The translations under genes were made by a program, and so were the position numbers. This document shows positions 24,400-37,943 of a stretch of DNA of 64,000 nt, one piece after another. The stretch's first letter is position 1; each line of letters opens with the position of its first letter. Location: NCBI GenBank assembly GCA_009103225.1, contig RHPI01002990.1, positions 374,223-438,222 on the forward strand, written 5' to 3'. The stretch is from Chlorokybus atmophyticus. Lineage: Eukaryota; Plantae; Mesostigma and Chlorokybus algae. Below the pieces are notes generated by a model. It had not been told where the DNA came from and did not search any database. It saw nothing but the letters and a program-made list of their open reading frames with translations.

Positions 24400-27300
24400 T
24401 TATTGTGGACCTTCACAGGTACGGCACAGGGTATGACTAGCTCGTTCTTGGTTGACACTGGGGCAACGCATAACTTCGTTGAATAAAAATGGGTTATGCG
24501 CTATAAGACAGCGTGCAAACCATCAGCCTTCGTAGCTGCTGGTGCTGGGGGGTGCGTTATTTGTAAAAGGTGAAATCAAATTGAAAGTTAAGATTGGTAG
24601 TTATCAAGCCAATTTCACTTTCATCGTAGTACCCATTGACATAGCTGGTGTTGATGTGGTATTTGGCCAAGAATGGCAAGATCAAGTGTCGATGACATTG
24701 GATATTGCTGCACGGTTGTGCACAGTAAAGAAGGGGCGTAAGCGCATCACTTTGTCCGTGCAGGGGTTGCATAGCTTGGAGTACAAGCAACCTGACCCTG
24801 CGTTACTTACGGCGCTTCAAGTGAAGAGTGCATTACGTAAAAACACACTTGCTTTTCTAGTGCACTTAATGTAAAGTGATGATGTTGTACGTGGAAATAC
24901 AGAAGGTGTGGCGGACATCATTGAGAGATATCAAAATGTTTTCTCAGTTGCCGGGCTTGCCCCCTGATTGAGGTGTCGGACACACAATACCCTAACTCCT
25001 GATGGTGAGCCTCTATTTCGACCAGTATATAGGTTAAGCCCCAACGAGAGGGGGGAAATGGAACCTCAAATTAAAGAGTTATTAAAAAAGGGTCTAATTG
25101 AACCAAATTCTTCACCCTTTGGCGCACCCATCTTGTTTGCTACGAAGAAGAATGGGAAGTTGCGCATGTGTGTGGATTGCCGTGCTCTAAACAAGATCAC
25201 GGTAAGAACAGATACCCGTTGCCAAGAACTGATGATGTGTTTAACAAGTTGTCAGGGAATGCGTACTTTGATACGGCTATCATCGAATTCGCATTCATCC
25301 TTTGGATGTCAATAAGACAGCATTCAGAACACCTACGGGCCATTCAATGATAAGTTATCAATACAAAGTGTTACCTTTTGGATTGATCAATGCACCCGCT
25401 GTGTTTCGGAGGGAAATAAATACAAGTTTCGATGATATGTTTGGTAAACATGTCATGACATACTTGGATGACATCATTGTCTTCAATGAAACAACGGAAG
25501 AACATGGGCAACACTTGGAAGCGGTGTTTGCAATTTTACGAAAGCATCGTTTGTTGGCAAATCTCACCAAGTGTGATTTTTGTGGAACGGAGAACGTGAC
25601 CCTTCCTTGATCACATTGTGAGTAGTGCGGGTATCAAGCCTGACCCTCGCAAAGTGCAGGTTGTGAAAGAGTGGCCCCAACCTCAAAATATCCATCAACT
25701 AAGGTTGTTTCTAGGGTTGGCCAACTATTTTTGCAAGTTCATAATGGGGTACTCGACAATTGTCATGCCTTGGACCAAACTGTTGCGTAAAGATGCCCCG
25801 TTCACTTGGACGACAACACAGGAAGCTGCTATGCAAAAGGTGAAATTGGCCTGTTACATCAGCGCCGGTGATAGCATTGCTCAATTGGGACAAACACTTC
25901 ACAGTGGTCAGTGACGCATCAACACTTAGGTGTGGTGCGGTACTGTTGCAAGATGACAGACCTTGTGCTTATGAGAGTAGGAAGTTTATTCCTGCAGAGG
26001 TGAACTACACTATGACAGAGTAAACTTACTGGGTATAGTTCATGCTTTTGAGACATGGAGATATTGCTTGGAGGGTGTTCAGTTCACTGTTGTGACTGAT
26101 CACAACCCGTTGGTGTATTTCTCGACACAGTAAAACTTGTCGAGACGGCAAGCGCGCTGGAATGAGGTTTTGTCCATGCTTACCTTTGATCGGATGTATC
26201 GGCCGGGAAAAATCAATGTGGTTGACCCTTTAAGTCGCTGCCCCGTCATTATTGGCGGTGATGCGCGCGCAATTACTCGCGACACGCAGCACGTTATCTC
26301 CGGATGATGAGTTTGTGCAAGCTGTTGTACATGGGTACACTTTGGACCCGTGGTGTTCTATTGCAGACAACTTACAAAAGTTTCACAAACGTGACAATCT
26401 GTATTACATGAGCAACAGTTTGATAATACCTGACCATGCTGACCTGCGTGTAAAATGCATAGCGGATATATACGATCTACCATACGCTGGGCACTTTAGT
26501 AGTCGCAAGACCACTAAGGCAGCGCAACAGTTGTATTGGTGGCCATTGTTGCCTGTTGATGTAAAGCGGTATGTGGACACGTGTGACAAATGTCGACGTG
26601 ACAAACCGTTACTTCAAAAGCCCACTGGGATACTGCGAGTCAGTGGGAATGTGTGAGTATGGACCTTATCACTGAGCTCCGTGAGACAGCGTTGGGTCAT
26701 ACAGCGGTTGCAGTTTTGTGGATCATTTGATTAAAATGGTTTACATTGTTCCTTGCCGTACGGAGATGGGCTCCCGATCTAGCGATGGTTTTGGTCGCGT
26801 CTGTGTTCAAGTTGCATGGCTTGCCTTGCAAAATTGTCTCTGACCGTAACTCGAGGTTTGTGGCTCAGTTTTGATAGTCGATATGCAACTTCCTTCAGAT
26901 ACATCAACGCATGAGTACCGCTTATCAACCGCAAACTGATGGTCAGACTGAACGCGCCAATCAAGTAATTGAGGAAATCATCCGGCATTATGTGAGTCCA
27001 AATCAGTCTGATTGGGATATTTATCTTCCAATGGCTGAGTTCGCGATTAACAATGCATGGCAAGAGAGTGTGCAGGAAACTCCGTGTATCTTAAATTACG
27101 GAGTGCATCCAAAAAGTCCCGTGAGTATTAAGTTGCCGGCTAACGACTTGACTAGCGTGCCTGCAGCGCGCGCGAGATGGCTGCGGCCATGCAAGACGGG
27201 TTAGCATTGGCAAAGAGCTGTCTGCGCGCAGCGAAGGACAGCCAGAAAGCCCAAGCTGATAAGCATCGTAGGCAGGCCGACTATGATGTGGGCAATTCGG

Positions 27301-27722
27301 TGCTTTTAAGCACTAAAGACATATCCATCAAGGGAGTGGGTACTCAAAAGTTTTTCCCTCTCTAGATAGACCCCTTTAAAGTGGTTGATCGGGTCGGCAC
27401 TCACGCGTATCGTTTGGAGTTACCACAATCCATACGTATACATCATGTGTTTTATGTGAGTGTACCGAAGCCGTACCGTTCAGACGGTCGGGTTCAATCT
27501 GCTCCACCCCCTGTCGCAGTGGATGGCGATAATGCTTTTGAGTACGAGGTGGAAGCAATTCTAAGGCACCGTAAGCCCCGACGCAGACGCGCGCCAACTT
27601 GCTTGGTGAATGGAAAGGGTATGGTGTTGAACACAGCACGTGAAAACCCGAAAGGAATCCTTACCAACTGCCAAGAGATTTGCCGGGCGTACTGGAGTGA
27701 TGTGTCCGCACGCGGACGGTAA
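24400..27722 (+). pseudogene. pol: pol: protease-RT-RNaseH-integrase-chromodomain (gypsy order), disrupted
   Basis: FLVDTGATHNF (~24445); SSPFGAPILF; KTAFRT; LPFGLINAPAVF; YLDD (25461); VSDAS and VTDHNPL; QPQTDGQTERANQ; GTHAYRLELP; chromodomain-like YEVEAILRHR. Multiple frameshifts. Confidence 0.93.
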
Positions 27723-27832
27723 AAGGGTGCTGGCAGACATCTTTGCCGCTTCGGCCCTGGTTCTCCTTCTACTCAAGCTTTCAATGCTCAGGGTCGGGCC
27801 TTGCTAGCCCTTCAATGAGGACATCAAAACCT

Positions 27833-27844
27833 AAGTGGGGGGGA
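27833..27844 (+). other. Polypurine tract
   Basis: AAGTGGGGGGGA immediately upstream of the 3' LTR. Confidence 0.85.
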
Positions 27845-27845
27845 T

Positions 27846-28188
27846 TATAACGACGTGCTACCGCTATGCGGTTCCCCGCCCTTATTTAGTTAAAATCAAG
27901 GGTCCCAACAGGTAATACACAGCCAATTGAGCCGTATTATGGCCTTTATGGCCTTTATGTAGTGTTAGCTTATCGCTAACATTGATATCGATGTGAGACT
28001 CATGCCTCACATCGATATCAGCCGCATGGCGGCGCTGCTAACGCAGCGGCCGCCATAGCCAGAGAATCTTTTGCTATGGCAGCTGCCCCGGCGGCGGCGG
28101 CGGCGGCGGCGGTGTGGGCCGGCGGTGTGGCTGGTAGTGGTGTTGGGGGTAGGGGATTAAAGGGGGCGGTAGCACCCCCCCTCTTACA
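27846..28188 (+). mobile_element. 3' LTR (343 bp)
   Basis: Starts TATAACGACGTGCTACC (TG mutated to TA), ends CTCTTACA, followed by TSD GACGC. Confidence 0.85.
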
Positions 28189-31100
28189 GACGCTGCAACA
28201 TCAGCTTCTCATTGGTGATGCAGGTGATCTTGCATCGTGTTCAAGCTTCAAAAAGTTCAATTTGAGTTCTTGACGGATGGCGAGAGAGGTCACTTGTACA
28301 AGGCTGGAGGTGACATCCGCGCTCAGGAGCTCACTTTCCACCGAAATAGATGGAAGAAGTCGGATACAAAGCAATCGCGCCCAAGAGTGCACAAGTTGCC
28401 TCATCCACTCGGTCCTTGAACTCCTGCAAGGCATTCCAACGCTCGATGATGTTCACATTGTTGACGCTATTTTGCGCTTGTAACCAGCCGGCTACTCGGC
28501 AACCCGTATCACAGTTGGGTGCCGGCTGGCAAAGTATACCGCGGTATACTTTGTGCGTGCGCACCGTTGGGTGATGCTGCACCTAAGACTTTACCGATGC
28601 AGCAACGGCGCGCCGCGAGGCTTTTGTCAAGATGGTTTTTGCGCCAAGCTTCGCATAACAAGAGAGTGTCACGAGACATGCCGAGCGGTACACACATGAT
28701 TCCAATGCACACACACACTTATCGGGCAGCAGAACATCAATCGGGTGCTCAATGGCCACCAGCCTGCACGAGCGTGAAGATGTCCATCTCGGGCGCATTT
28801 GAGATCTTATCCAGGTCAAGTTTCATGCAATTAGCTGCAGAAGGGTAGGGCTGGACTGCCACGGCGGTTCAACAGCATGACGATGTTTACTGTCGTCTGC
28901 GAGGTGCTAGCGCAGGCTGCGCTCCTTGTCTTTCAGCACGCTTAATGCATGGCGATCTGCAGGGGGCATGAAGGCGCGGTTATTGTCAACCTTGTTGCCG
29001 GAGCGCATGTTAAAGCGCATCCGCTGAAATTGAATGTCCGTGTGTTGGTTGCCGTGTTTTGCATCCTTCAATCTCTCGTAATAACCCGTGCACGTGCGTG
29101 GTGCTCACAGGCTGCTAGAAACGTGGGTGTCTTCACGATTGATAAATGCGATGAGGTTAACGCCCGCCCGTTGCACATCACCGCCGACAAGCGAAATGCA
29201 AAGGCATTTGGGAGGGGCGAGTCTAGTCTGACCACTCAGCGTACAACATGCATGAGGTTTTAAAACGGTGCCGCAACAAGTTTCGCTTGGTGGTGCAGGT
29301 ATTCCTGCATCCGCTTCAAGCTTTATGATCAAGTAGTTTGGTTTATGATCTTGCCAGACACCGAACAACAAACCATGAGGATATGCAGGGATATGCAAGG
29401 GTTACGATAATCAATTGATCATGGATTGATTCATGACCACTTAATTACCATAACTTATAGGTTATAATATCGAGGTGACCATAGTGAGGTGGAGGATGCC
29501 ATACGCAATCCTCGCATGCGTTAAGTCACGATGAGACATGTGATGTTTCTGCACTTAAACTAACAGCATACTGAGCCGTTGGCGATGCCTCCGAAAATCT
29601 GTGTTGGGGTGTGGGATATAAATTTCCTTTTTGCAGCAAGGTACATTAAAGCGCATGATCATTGCACCAGAACATGCAGGCATCACTATGCGGTACATAA
29701 TAATCATAACACGGTACGTGCTATTATAAACAGTTACCACTTTAAAGTGAATATACGATGGTTGAAAGCCTCGCCTTGCCGTTTTAACATGTTGACATCG
29801 ACGTCAAGCTCAAGTGGAGCTCGACCAACATCAGCTACGCCGTACACATGTTAGGCGTAGCTGATGTTGGTCGAGCTCCACTTGAATACGTACTCATGTG
29901 GACCTTCATTCTTGCGACTGGAACTTTTATATGTACACGAAAAAACGTATGCATCTTTATCTTGCAATTGCTCGCAGAGCCCCGACTTTGTACAAGGCGT
30001 AGCTGATGTTGCTGACACGCCGTGTAACCACTGCGCCACCCTGCCGAAAGGTCGCTAGTTTATCCTTTAATGCTGCACTACTTGCATCTTGATTAAGTTT
30101 AACACACACAATGCTGATGTGCAATGTTTGTGTCAACATGAGGGGATCGCCTTGCATTTGAGCAAGCCAATACTCCCCTTGACGACTGAAAAAGGCCATG
30201 CAAGATGTTCAAAACTGTAGCGCGGGATTCAAGTGCAAGACCTTGGCAACACGAACATGGGCGAGGCACAGGTTGCGCAGGCCGCACTTGAGTTGCGAAC
30301 GCTCAGCACCGTAAACATTGACATTGTTCAGATGCTAAAAGAGGCCCGCGTGGGTCGGCATGAAAGGCGGCAAGTATAAATCGATGCATGCCACCAAGGT
30401 CTTGCTGATGCCTTCATGGCCACAGAGTGGCATGTTTGCTACCAGCAAAAACGGCGGAACGTGCTCACCAATGCGGCTGCCACGCCATCAGTCTCGGATG
30501 TTCATAGCGCAATTTACCCAGCTGACGGTGTTGATGTCTCACATATGGACACTACCACGCCTGCACCAACCGCTTTTAACGATATCATGTCGTTGTAAGC
30601 TACACCACACAATGAGGCCTCTCAAGACGAGTGGCAATCAGCTTCAAACGACATCGATGATGCTTGCAATGTAGTCGACAACATTTGATGACGATGACTT
30701 CAGCAGATCTGAGAAGTTCGCGCGTGACATGTTGATCTCAACATGATGGGGAGGGATTGTGCTCCGGACTCGATTATGCAAAGCATATTACTTGACGACA
30801 TGGAGTGTGTTTGAATTATGTACCCATGATGCGTGCACAACCTAAACTCGACACGCATTGGTTAAGTGAGTTGGTTGCCGTGCTATGCGTCTTTCAATCT
30901 CTTGTAATAACTCGTGCATGGCGCTCACCCGCTTCTAAACAACATCGGTTGCTCGTAATAGGTTTACTGGTGCACGTGTTTTGAAAAAATGTGAAGCATG
31001 CAATCAAAGGAGAATGCAGTCATCGCCATGGCTTTCTTTGTGTGTCTCGTCAACATGTTCCACCTCATGAAGGTGGAGAATGTCATATGTTGCGCTCTTG

Positions 31101-34100
31101 TGAAGCTTCGCGGCGCGCTGTGGCTGCATTTAATGTATAAAGTTTCAAATATACTATAATGTACATATGATATTTCAAGTGCAGCACCATCAGCGTGTGC
31201 ACGGAAGTAGAAAAAAGCATGCGGATATGTTGCAGACTGCCGAGAAGATGGCACAGATGCGAATGCAAAGCACGCAGAGTGCGTCCATGCCTTGTCGGAT
31301 TTCATAGACATGAGTGCATGAAGCAGCCTGCGCCACTCTTGAGCGCGATTGATGTGCTGCCGATGGCTTTTACCGGATAGGTGGAAAGGACCCAAGCGCT
31401 TATGCGCAAACGTCTCACCTTCAACCTCTTACAGATGACCGCTCTCCCCGACTCTCTTTTTGATCGTTGCAAATCCGCTACACGTTGCTGTACATGTGTG
31501 CATCATAATGCACTTGAACGTTTAATGACGGCTGCTACTCAGGATGTGGAGTCTTTACACAGCCCCTCGTCATCGAGCTACGTCATGTTAATTACAATGT
31601 ATGCTACAAATACTCATGATCCATGTTCCTTGCCATTATATATTTAAAATTGACGTTCAATTCGCAAGGAATATAGATCATAGAAGCGCATATGCATCCT
31701 TGCCTTGGAATTGATTGCGGAGCCTTGCGAAGTTGTTGAATTTTTGCCAGGTAAAAGAATGCTTAAACGATTTTCGAGTATGGGCTTCAGATGGATGCGA
31801 TGCGTTACTGTCGAGATGAATAACATAATGCTGCACACGACACGCATTGTCCAAATGCGTCAATTGTCGTGCTGTGCATTCTGCAATCTCTCTTTATAAC
31901 TCGTGCATAGTCACCATGCACTATGAGCACGGTGCTCACATTCTATTACTGCACTCGCGTCATCTTAAAATAACGTGGGCGTCTTTACAATCGTTGAACT
32001 TGACGAGTTGAGCGCCCGTCACATCATCGCTGGCAAGCGGAATGCAAAGGCAATTTCTGGAGGGGCGGGTTTGGTTTGGCCACCCAGCGTAAAACAACAT
32101 GCATCAATTCATTTTCGGTGCAGCAACAAGCTCCCCTTGCTTGTGCACGTATTCATGCATTAGCTTCGGTTTGCCCAACACCGGTATCAAAACCGCAAAA
32201 TCTTGAGGCCACATGGGGCCTCAATCCTCGCATCATCGATGTGACGTGGGACGACCATGCTAAGCGCGCATTGCAGCTGTAAGTAGTAGTGGACGTTGAC
32301 AATGTCTATTACAGCAATTGGATTGCTGCACATCCAGCCTGCACACATAGGCACACGCACATGTGCAAGCGCATGCAAGGGCGTGCTTTGAACAGTGCCT
32401 ACACACATGCACGTACACGCATTTCATGATACTTTAGCACATGTGACGCGCATGTTGCACGGACTTTTAAAGCTGAGTGCTGCACTGAAACAGGAAGAAC
32501 CGACTGGAGTAGGCTGATGCTCCATGCAGGCGGCTAAAATAAGCCATTTTAAAATCTGTTGCACACACGCGCTCATCAGAGGACCGCTGCAGCATCACCC
32601 AGCTTCTCATTGCCCGTTTTGCAGCGCTTGCTTCGTGCAATGCACGATGTGGGCGCGGAATGTTGTGCACATTTGCGGCAGTACTTTAAAAGAGGCGGGA
32701 GCTTACGTCGCTGCACGAGGTGCCAAGTTCAAGGCGTTTTGCGCTTCGGAAGGGTTGATAAACACATACACGACGGGCAAGTTTGCAGCGCTTTACAAGG
32801 CTCATTTTCCTCGTGCGGCTGAAGCCAACATCGGGCAGCATTCATTTAGCACTCAACTACTTTTATCTGGTCTACTTTGGGCTTTGCTAGGTGCGGATTG
32901 GGCATTTATTTGAAGAAGTGTTCACTATTGCTTTGATCGCTAATGTCTTAGCACGCTGACCAACACCAGATACATTGTATCAGGTATGAACATATGAGAT
33001 TATGGATCAATAATCCTTGCGGTTGAGACTAAAGTTGGGTTTAAAGTTCATTCTCACGTAATCATGCAAGGCGCATGCATATTTGCCTTGCGATTTATTG
33101 CGGAGGCTCTAAAAATGTAGCGATTCAACTTTTGCCGTTTCAAAGAACGCGCTAAAAACGCTCAGATTTGTGCACACAAGTCGTGTCTCAAAAAGTGACT
33201 TTGTTTGTTTACATGCAACGCGTCAATGTAAAAATGAACAACATGATGACGCACATGACACGCATTGTCCCAAAGTGTATGTTGCCGTGCTGTGCATCTC
33301 GTAAACACAGACTATAGCTCGTGCATGGTGCTCGCATGCTGTTAGACATTATGGGTGTCTCCACGAGCAAGAAACTCCACGAGTTTAGTGCCTGCAACAT
33401 CATCGCCAACAAGCGGAATGCAGAGGCAATGTGGGAGGGGCGGGTTTAGACTGACCACCTGGCGTTTGCGAGCCAGAGGTTGCGGAGGCAGCAGCCGCGT
33501 TGCAATTGTGTAGGCGCGCAATGCCGTTTAAATCACCAATGTCAGCTTGAAAGAGGAGCTTGGGACGCTGCACGAGGTGCCAGCTCCAAGGCGTTTTGCG
33601 CTGCTGAAGGGTTAATTGACACATACAAGACGGGCAAGCTTGCAACATATTGCAAGGCTCATTCTCGTCGCGCAACAGCGAGCAGCCGCAATTGACACCT
33701 TAAGCTTGCCAGGCGGAGAAGTTGGACGACATTGGTAAGGAGATATTGCAAGTGAGCGCACACTAACGCAAAAATGAGGACATCATTCTTCGAGAGCTGA
33801 TGTGTGATGACTAAAGCTATTTTTTAACACGCAATGTGTTGATGAACGACAATGTGCATGATGTTGGTTATGCTCATATCAATTTGTTTTGTATGTTACC
33901 ATTAAGAGGACAGCAACAATGATAACAACGAAGGGGGCGGACTTTATGTGGACCAGCACGTCCTTATGTGACAAGAGAGGAGATAAAGACACAGCTAACA
34001 CGTCAATTGGCTTGCACATTTGCTGCTGCTGCTACATAAAGCAATAACTAGCCATCTTATCATTCTCGGTGGTGAGTTGTTGTTGTGGTGGTGGTTGTTG

Positions 34101-34692
34101 TCATTACAAGTGTGTTGCAACTATTGTAGATATTGTAGCGCGCGTGTGTGCGTTCAAGCGCACTTGCGCGTGTGTGGGTGTGGCTAGAGTCCGAGAGTGG
34201 GTACACTACGGCGTTGATGTTTTATCGTGTTGACCGACATCAACTACGCCGTATTAAGTATACAATAATTCAGATTTGAAATTTGCCTTTGAAAGTTCAT
34301 TCGGATAACGTCATGTAAGGTGCACGCATCGTTGCATCAATTACAAGGCCTTGCAAAATGTTAATGAATGACTTTTTGCCACGGCAAAATAGCTCAAACA
34401 TATGTGCACACAAGTCGCAATCCGGATGTTAACATGTTTGGCAACCGCAACATGTTAATGTCGACATGAACAACGACACGTACTGTCTGCGTGTGTTGGA
34501 TGCCGTGCCAAACATCTTTTCATCATCCGAAATAACCCGTGACGGTGCTCGCAAACCGCTACATAACATGGGTATCTTTGGAATCCATGAACTTGATGAG
34601 TTCATTGCTCGTCACATCACCGCCGACAAGCATAATACGAAAGCAATGTAGGAGGAGCGGCTCAAATCTAATCATCAAGCGTATAGCAACAT
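28189..34692. repeat. Mosaic of decayed copies of the unknown gene family in both orientations
   Basis: 28230-29060 is inverted relative to 5380-6170. Motif cacatcaccgcc..aagcggaatgcaaaggca recurs at ~29175, 32020, 33398 and 34614. 32500-32830 and 33470-33960 match 63120-64000. Confidence 0.7.
29811..29884. repeat. Hairpin, 31-bp perfect stem with 12-nt loop
   Basis: caagtggagctcgaccaacatcagctacgcc / ggcgtagctgatgttggtcgagctccacttg. Confidence 0.9.
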
Positions 34693-34719
34693 CATCACAC
34701 GGCGCCTGCAGCAGAATCC

Positions 34720-35170
34720 GTTCTCGGCACAAGCCAGTTGTGCCGTCAGCGGCACCTGCCTTCGAGTTCTGCGAGCAGTTCTTCTTCCAAGACGGCACAA
34801 GTCGCTTTGTGCCGGCAGAGGATCGTAAGTCACCATCTGTCAGCCGGCACAAGCTGGTTACTGCCGCTGACGGGGCAAACTGCGTTGGGCCGACCTCGGC
34901 ACAGCAGTACTTCTAACGTCTTCGGCACAGCAGCGACCCCACCGTCTTCGGCACAGCAGCGCTTATGCCGTCTTCGGCACAATAGCACTTCTGCCGACTT
35001 CGGCACAGCAGCGATCCTATCGTCTGCGGCACAGCAACGATCCTGCCGTTTTCGGCACAATAGCACTTCTGCCGACTTCGGCACAGCAGCGCTTCTGCCG
35101 TCTTCGGCACAGTAGCACTTCTGCCGACGTCGGCACAGCAGCAGCAGCAGTCGTGCCGTTGACGGCACAG
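34720..35170. repeat. Left subterminal repeat array (CTTCGGCACAGCAGC-like units)
   Basis: More than 12 copies of CGGCACA, tandem at ~34890-35135. Confidence 0.85.
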
Positions 35171-35538
35171 CTCCTGGTGTGTCGACCTCGGTGGACCAGC
35201 AGTCATTTGATAACGGCCCAGCCATTCATTCCAACATTAGCAGCACAATATAGCAGGCATATGCAGGCAAATTGCAGGCAGTTTTCCTGGTAAAGAAATC
35301 TTAACCTCATATGGAGTTTACATTGTACCATGTACTCTTAACTAGTACTAGAATAGGCTCCAATTGTTTGCAAGAAGCTAACTGCTACCAGGAAGCTAAC
35401 TGCTGGTAGCAAGCTAAACTGTTAGCAAGAAGTCAGACTTTTAGCAGGAAGCTAGACTGGCGGCTGCAAGGAAGCTGCATGGAAGCTAGACTGGGTGCTG
35501 CAAAAAAGTTGAGCGAAGGTCTTCACCTTGGTACCCAA

Positions 35539-37943
35539 TTATGGACCGGGTTGGCGCTTGGCTTGACTATTCCAGTGCCAGCCATAGCGTGCTTCTCCAG
35601 AGTCATCCTGTACCAGCCAGCGCTTGTTGACTGCAAATGTAACAAGCATGAGACCGATCTGCGAGTCAGTGAACTTTGCAAGCAGATGGTCCTCCTTCGG
35701 TAGCCTCCCAATCTGCGTCCCGTATGTCCCCCTCCAGGAAGTGTACACCTCCAGCAAGCTCTCGCGGTTGGGAACATTGGCGCACAAGGTATTGCAGCAG
35801 ATGCTAGCCAAGTGCATGAGGTGGTCAGAGCAACGATTGATCTGCAAGCAAGCATTGTTACAAGTGTGCATCATGCAAGCATGCTGCACACGTTACAGCC
35901 CACTGCAACGTTCTTACCCTCTGATTGATGTCATGCTGGTCTTCTGGCTGCACGCGCTTGTCAACCACGAGCGCGCGAACGCATCTTGGGGTGACTTCTG
36001 CAATGCAGTCGCCTGAAGAGCAGTCTGAGCAAGGGCAGACTGCAGACGGGGCTACCAAGGATGCAGGCCAAGCACAACTGCGTCCCTGCATCACTCAAGC
36101 AGCCGCATTGCATGTCACGCATATAATCTTCCTTGCAGTTACGCTTGCAATGTGCTGTGCCGCAGCACACACTCTACTACGCTCACCAAGATATTGCTGC
36201 ACAAGTGCTCGTCCCCGGTCATCTGGCCAGCATACCCGTCCGTGTCACGTACTGGCATGTAGACGCGTTGATCACCGATACCCTTGGCGTTGTACCACTC
36301 CAGCACCTTCACTTTGTAGCTGCGCCAAGGAGTCTCTTGCTCAAGCACCTCCAGTACTTGACCGCGCCCAACAGCCACAACCCTGCGGCTGCTGCTGCCG
36401 CTGGTGCTTGCAGCATCTCCTGCGGGTCTGCAGCACCAGCCGCATATGAATTCCTTACGAGTGCGGGTGCAAAGGCCTTGTGCAAGAGGATAAATGGCGT
36501 ACCTGAAAGCCACCCAGTCCTCACGCAGCTGCGCTTGAGAAGGCGGCTCAGCAGTCAACAAGGCAAGCAGCACAGCATTTTGGCTGGAGGGAAAGTCTGC
36601 AACGGTGAAATGTGGGCCAAGCCCGTAGTCTGTGCGCGAGCGGCGTGGAGCTGGCTCCTCTGCGTCAGCGCGCTTCTCAGCGCGTGCAGCGCGCATCTTC
36701 TCCTTGCGCTGCTCACGGGTCAAGCCTACCGTTTCGCCTGGCGTTAATGGATGGCCCCGTCTTGCATTATCCACAAACCGGCGGATTTGCTCACGAATCC
36801 ATTCTGCAAACAAGAGGCAGTGAGCAGTCATTCTGCAGGAAGCACAAGACATCTGGCAGGTGGCATATAAACGCACATGCACATAGGCAGACGCAGATTA
36901 CTTACTTGCAGGCCAGCGCAATGTCTGTCCGTTGATCTCCAGCGGAGTGTGATTCTGCATTACATCCGCCACCACCTCCTCCCTCATGTCATAATCTGGG
37001 CCGGCCCGATTGAAGCTCCTGCCAACACAGTGGTCTGGGAACTTGGCCCACAGCTTCTCCTTTAGAAGCTTGCGGTTGTCCTCCTGTATTCTCCACTGTG
37101 TCTCGTCCTTCTTCTTCAAGTAAGCTTGCCCATTTAGCTCTAGTCCCCTAGGCTTGTCAGCGACAGGGGCAAAGCACTTTTCCTCCAGCTTTGCCTTCTT
37201 GACTGCCTCTGACTCGTCTTCGCAGTTAACTTCATCAACAGCTCCTGCGCACAAGGCCAACAGTCAGCGCATGGCACTTGCAAAAGAGAGCAAAGCAAGC
37301 AGAGCTTTAGCCAAGCTGCAGCTTCAGCTATGTTGCAGTTGCGGCTTGGCTAACGCTGTTGCTTGACTGAAGCTGCAGACCGAAGCGTACAAAATACAGC
37401 AAGTAGAGCTTCACCCAACCTACCACTCCAGCTAAACTGCAGCTGCGGCTTGGCTGAGGCTCTGCTTGGTAGAAAGCCGATATGCAGCTTTTACTCAAGC
37501 TGCAGCTCCAGCCAAGCCGCAGGTTCAATTGAGTTGTAGTTTCAGCTTGACTGAAGCTGCAGACCAAAGCATACCAATGAGCAAGCAGAGCTTCAGCTGC
37601 AGGAGCAATTAAGTTGCACCAGCAGCTTGGCAGCAGACTAGTTGAAAGCAAGCACACCTGTGTCCCCAGGTTGTGCTCCCGCCTCGTCTTGCTCCTCTTC
37701 ATCTTCAGCTTGCAACCTCGGCTCATCCCTGTTTAACTTCTGCACGTCTTCAAGGATCCGCGAAGCAATGCTCAGCCTAGGTGTGATCTGTGCAAGAATT
37801 TCTGCTGAGAGGCTGTAGTAAGCTTCTCCATCAATCTCTTCCTCCTTGAACTTCTCCGCTATTGCTTGTGCACTTGGAACCCCTCTCAACAATTTAGCTA
37901 CCCGTTTGGAGATAAGCTCAACGCTCATCCTATACACTGACAT
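35539..37943 (-). CDS. CACTA-borne SAM-domain protein, multi-exon (37943-37658, 37244-36906, 36803-36187, further 3' exons to 35539 uncertain)
   Basis: Exon 1 encodes AEKFKEEEIDGEAYYSLSAEILAQITPRLSIASRILEDVQKL, matching the SAM consensus (F.EEEIDGEALL.L...L......G...KIL..I..L). The first three exons join in frame through GT-AG sites. Confidence 0.7.

Larger units (their letters stand above)
16501..28112. repeat. Giant palindrome 2 (arms ~5.8 kb, no spacer, centre 22306/22307)
   Basis: All mirror ORF pairs sum to 44613 with identical translations; 16501 mirrors 28112. Confidence 0.95.
10938..28188 (+). mobile_element. Ty3/gypsy chromoviral LTR retrotransposon, decayed, interior rearranged into two palindromes
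   Basis: TG...CA 5' LTR and TA...CA 3' LTR are flanked by an identical 5-bp TSD GACGC (10933-10937 and 28189-28193). The joined flanks restore the host repeat sequence seen at ~62800-62850. Confidence 0.85.

Noticed and set aside
16501-28188. DIRS-like element with inverted LTRs
   Set aside because: The inverted LTR is just the palindrome mirror; pol encodes a DDE integrase and chromodomain, with no tyrosine recombinase.
34890-35135. CRISPR-like array of CTTCGGCACAGCAGC units
   Set aside because: Units are short, variable and lack unique ~30-bp spacers; the context is eukaryotic; the same motif lies inside the opposite TIR, so these are CACTA subterminal repeats.
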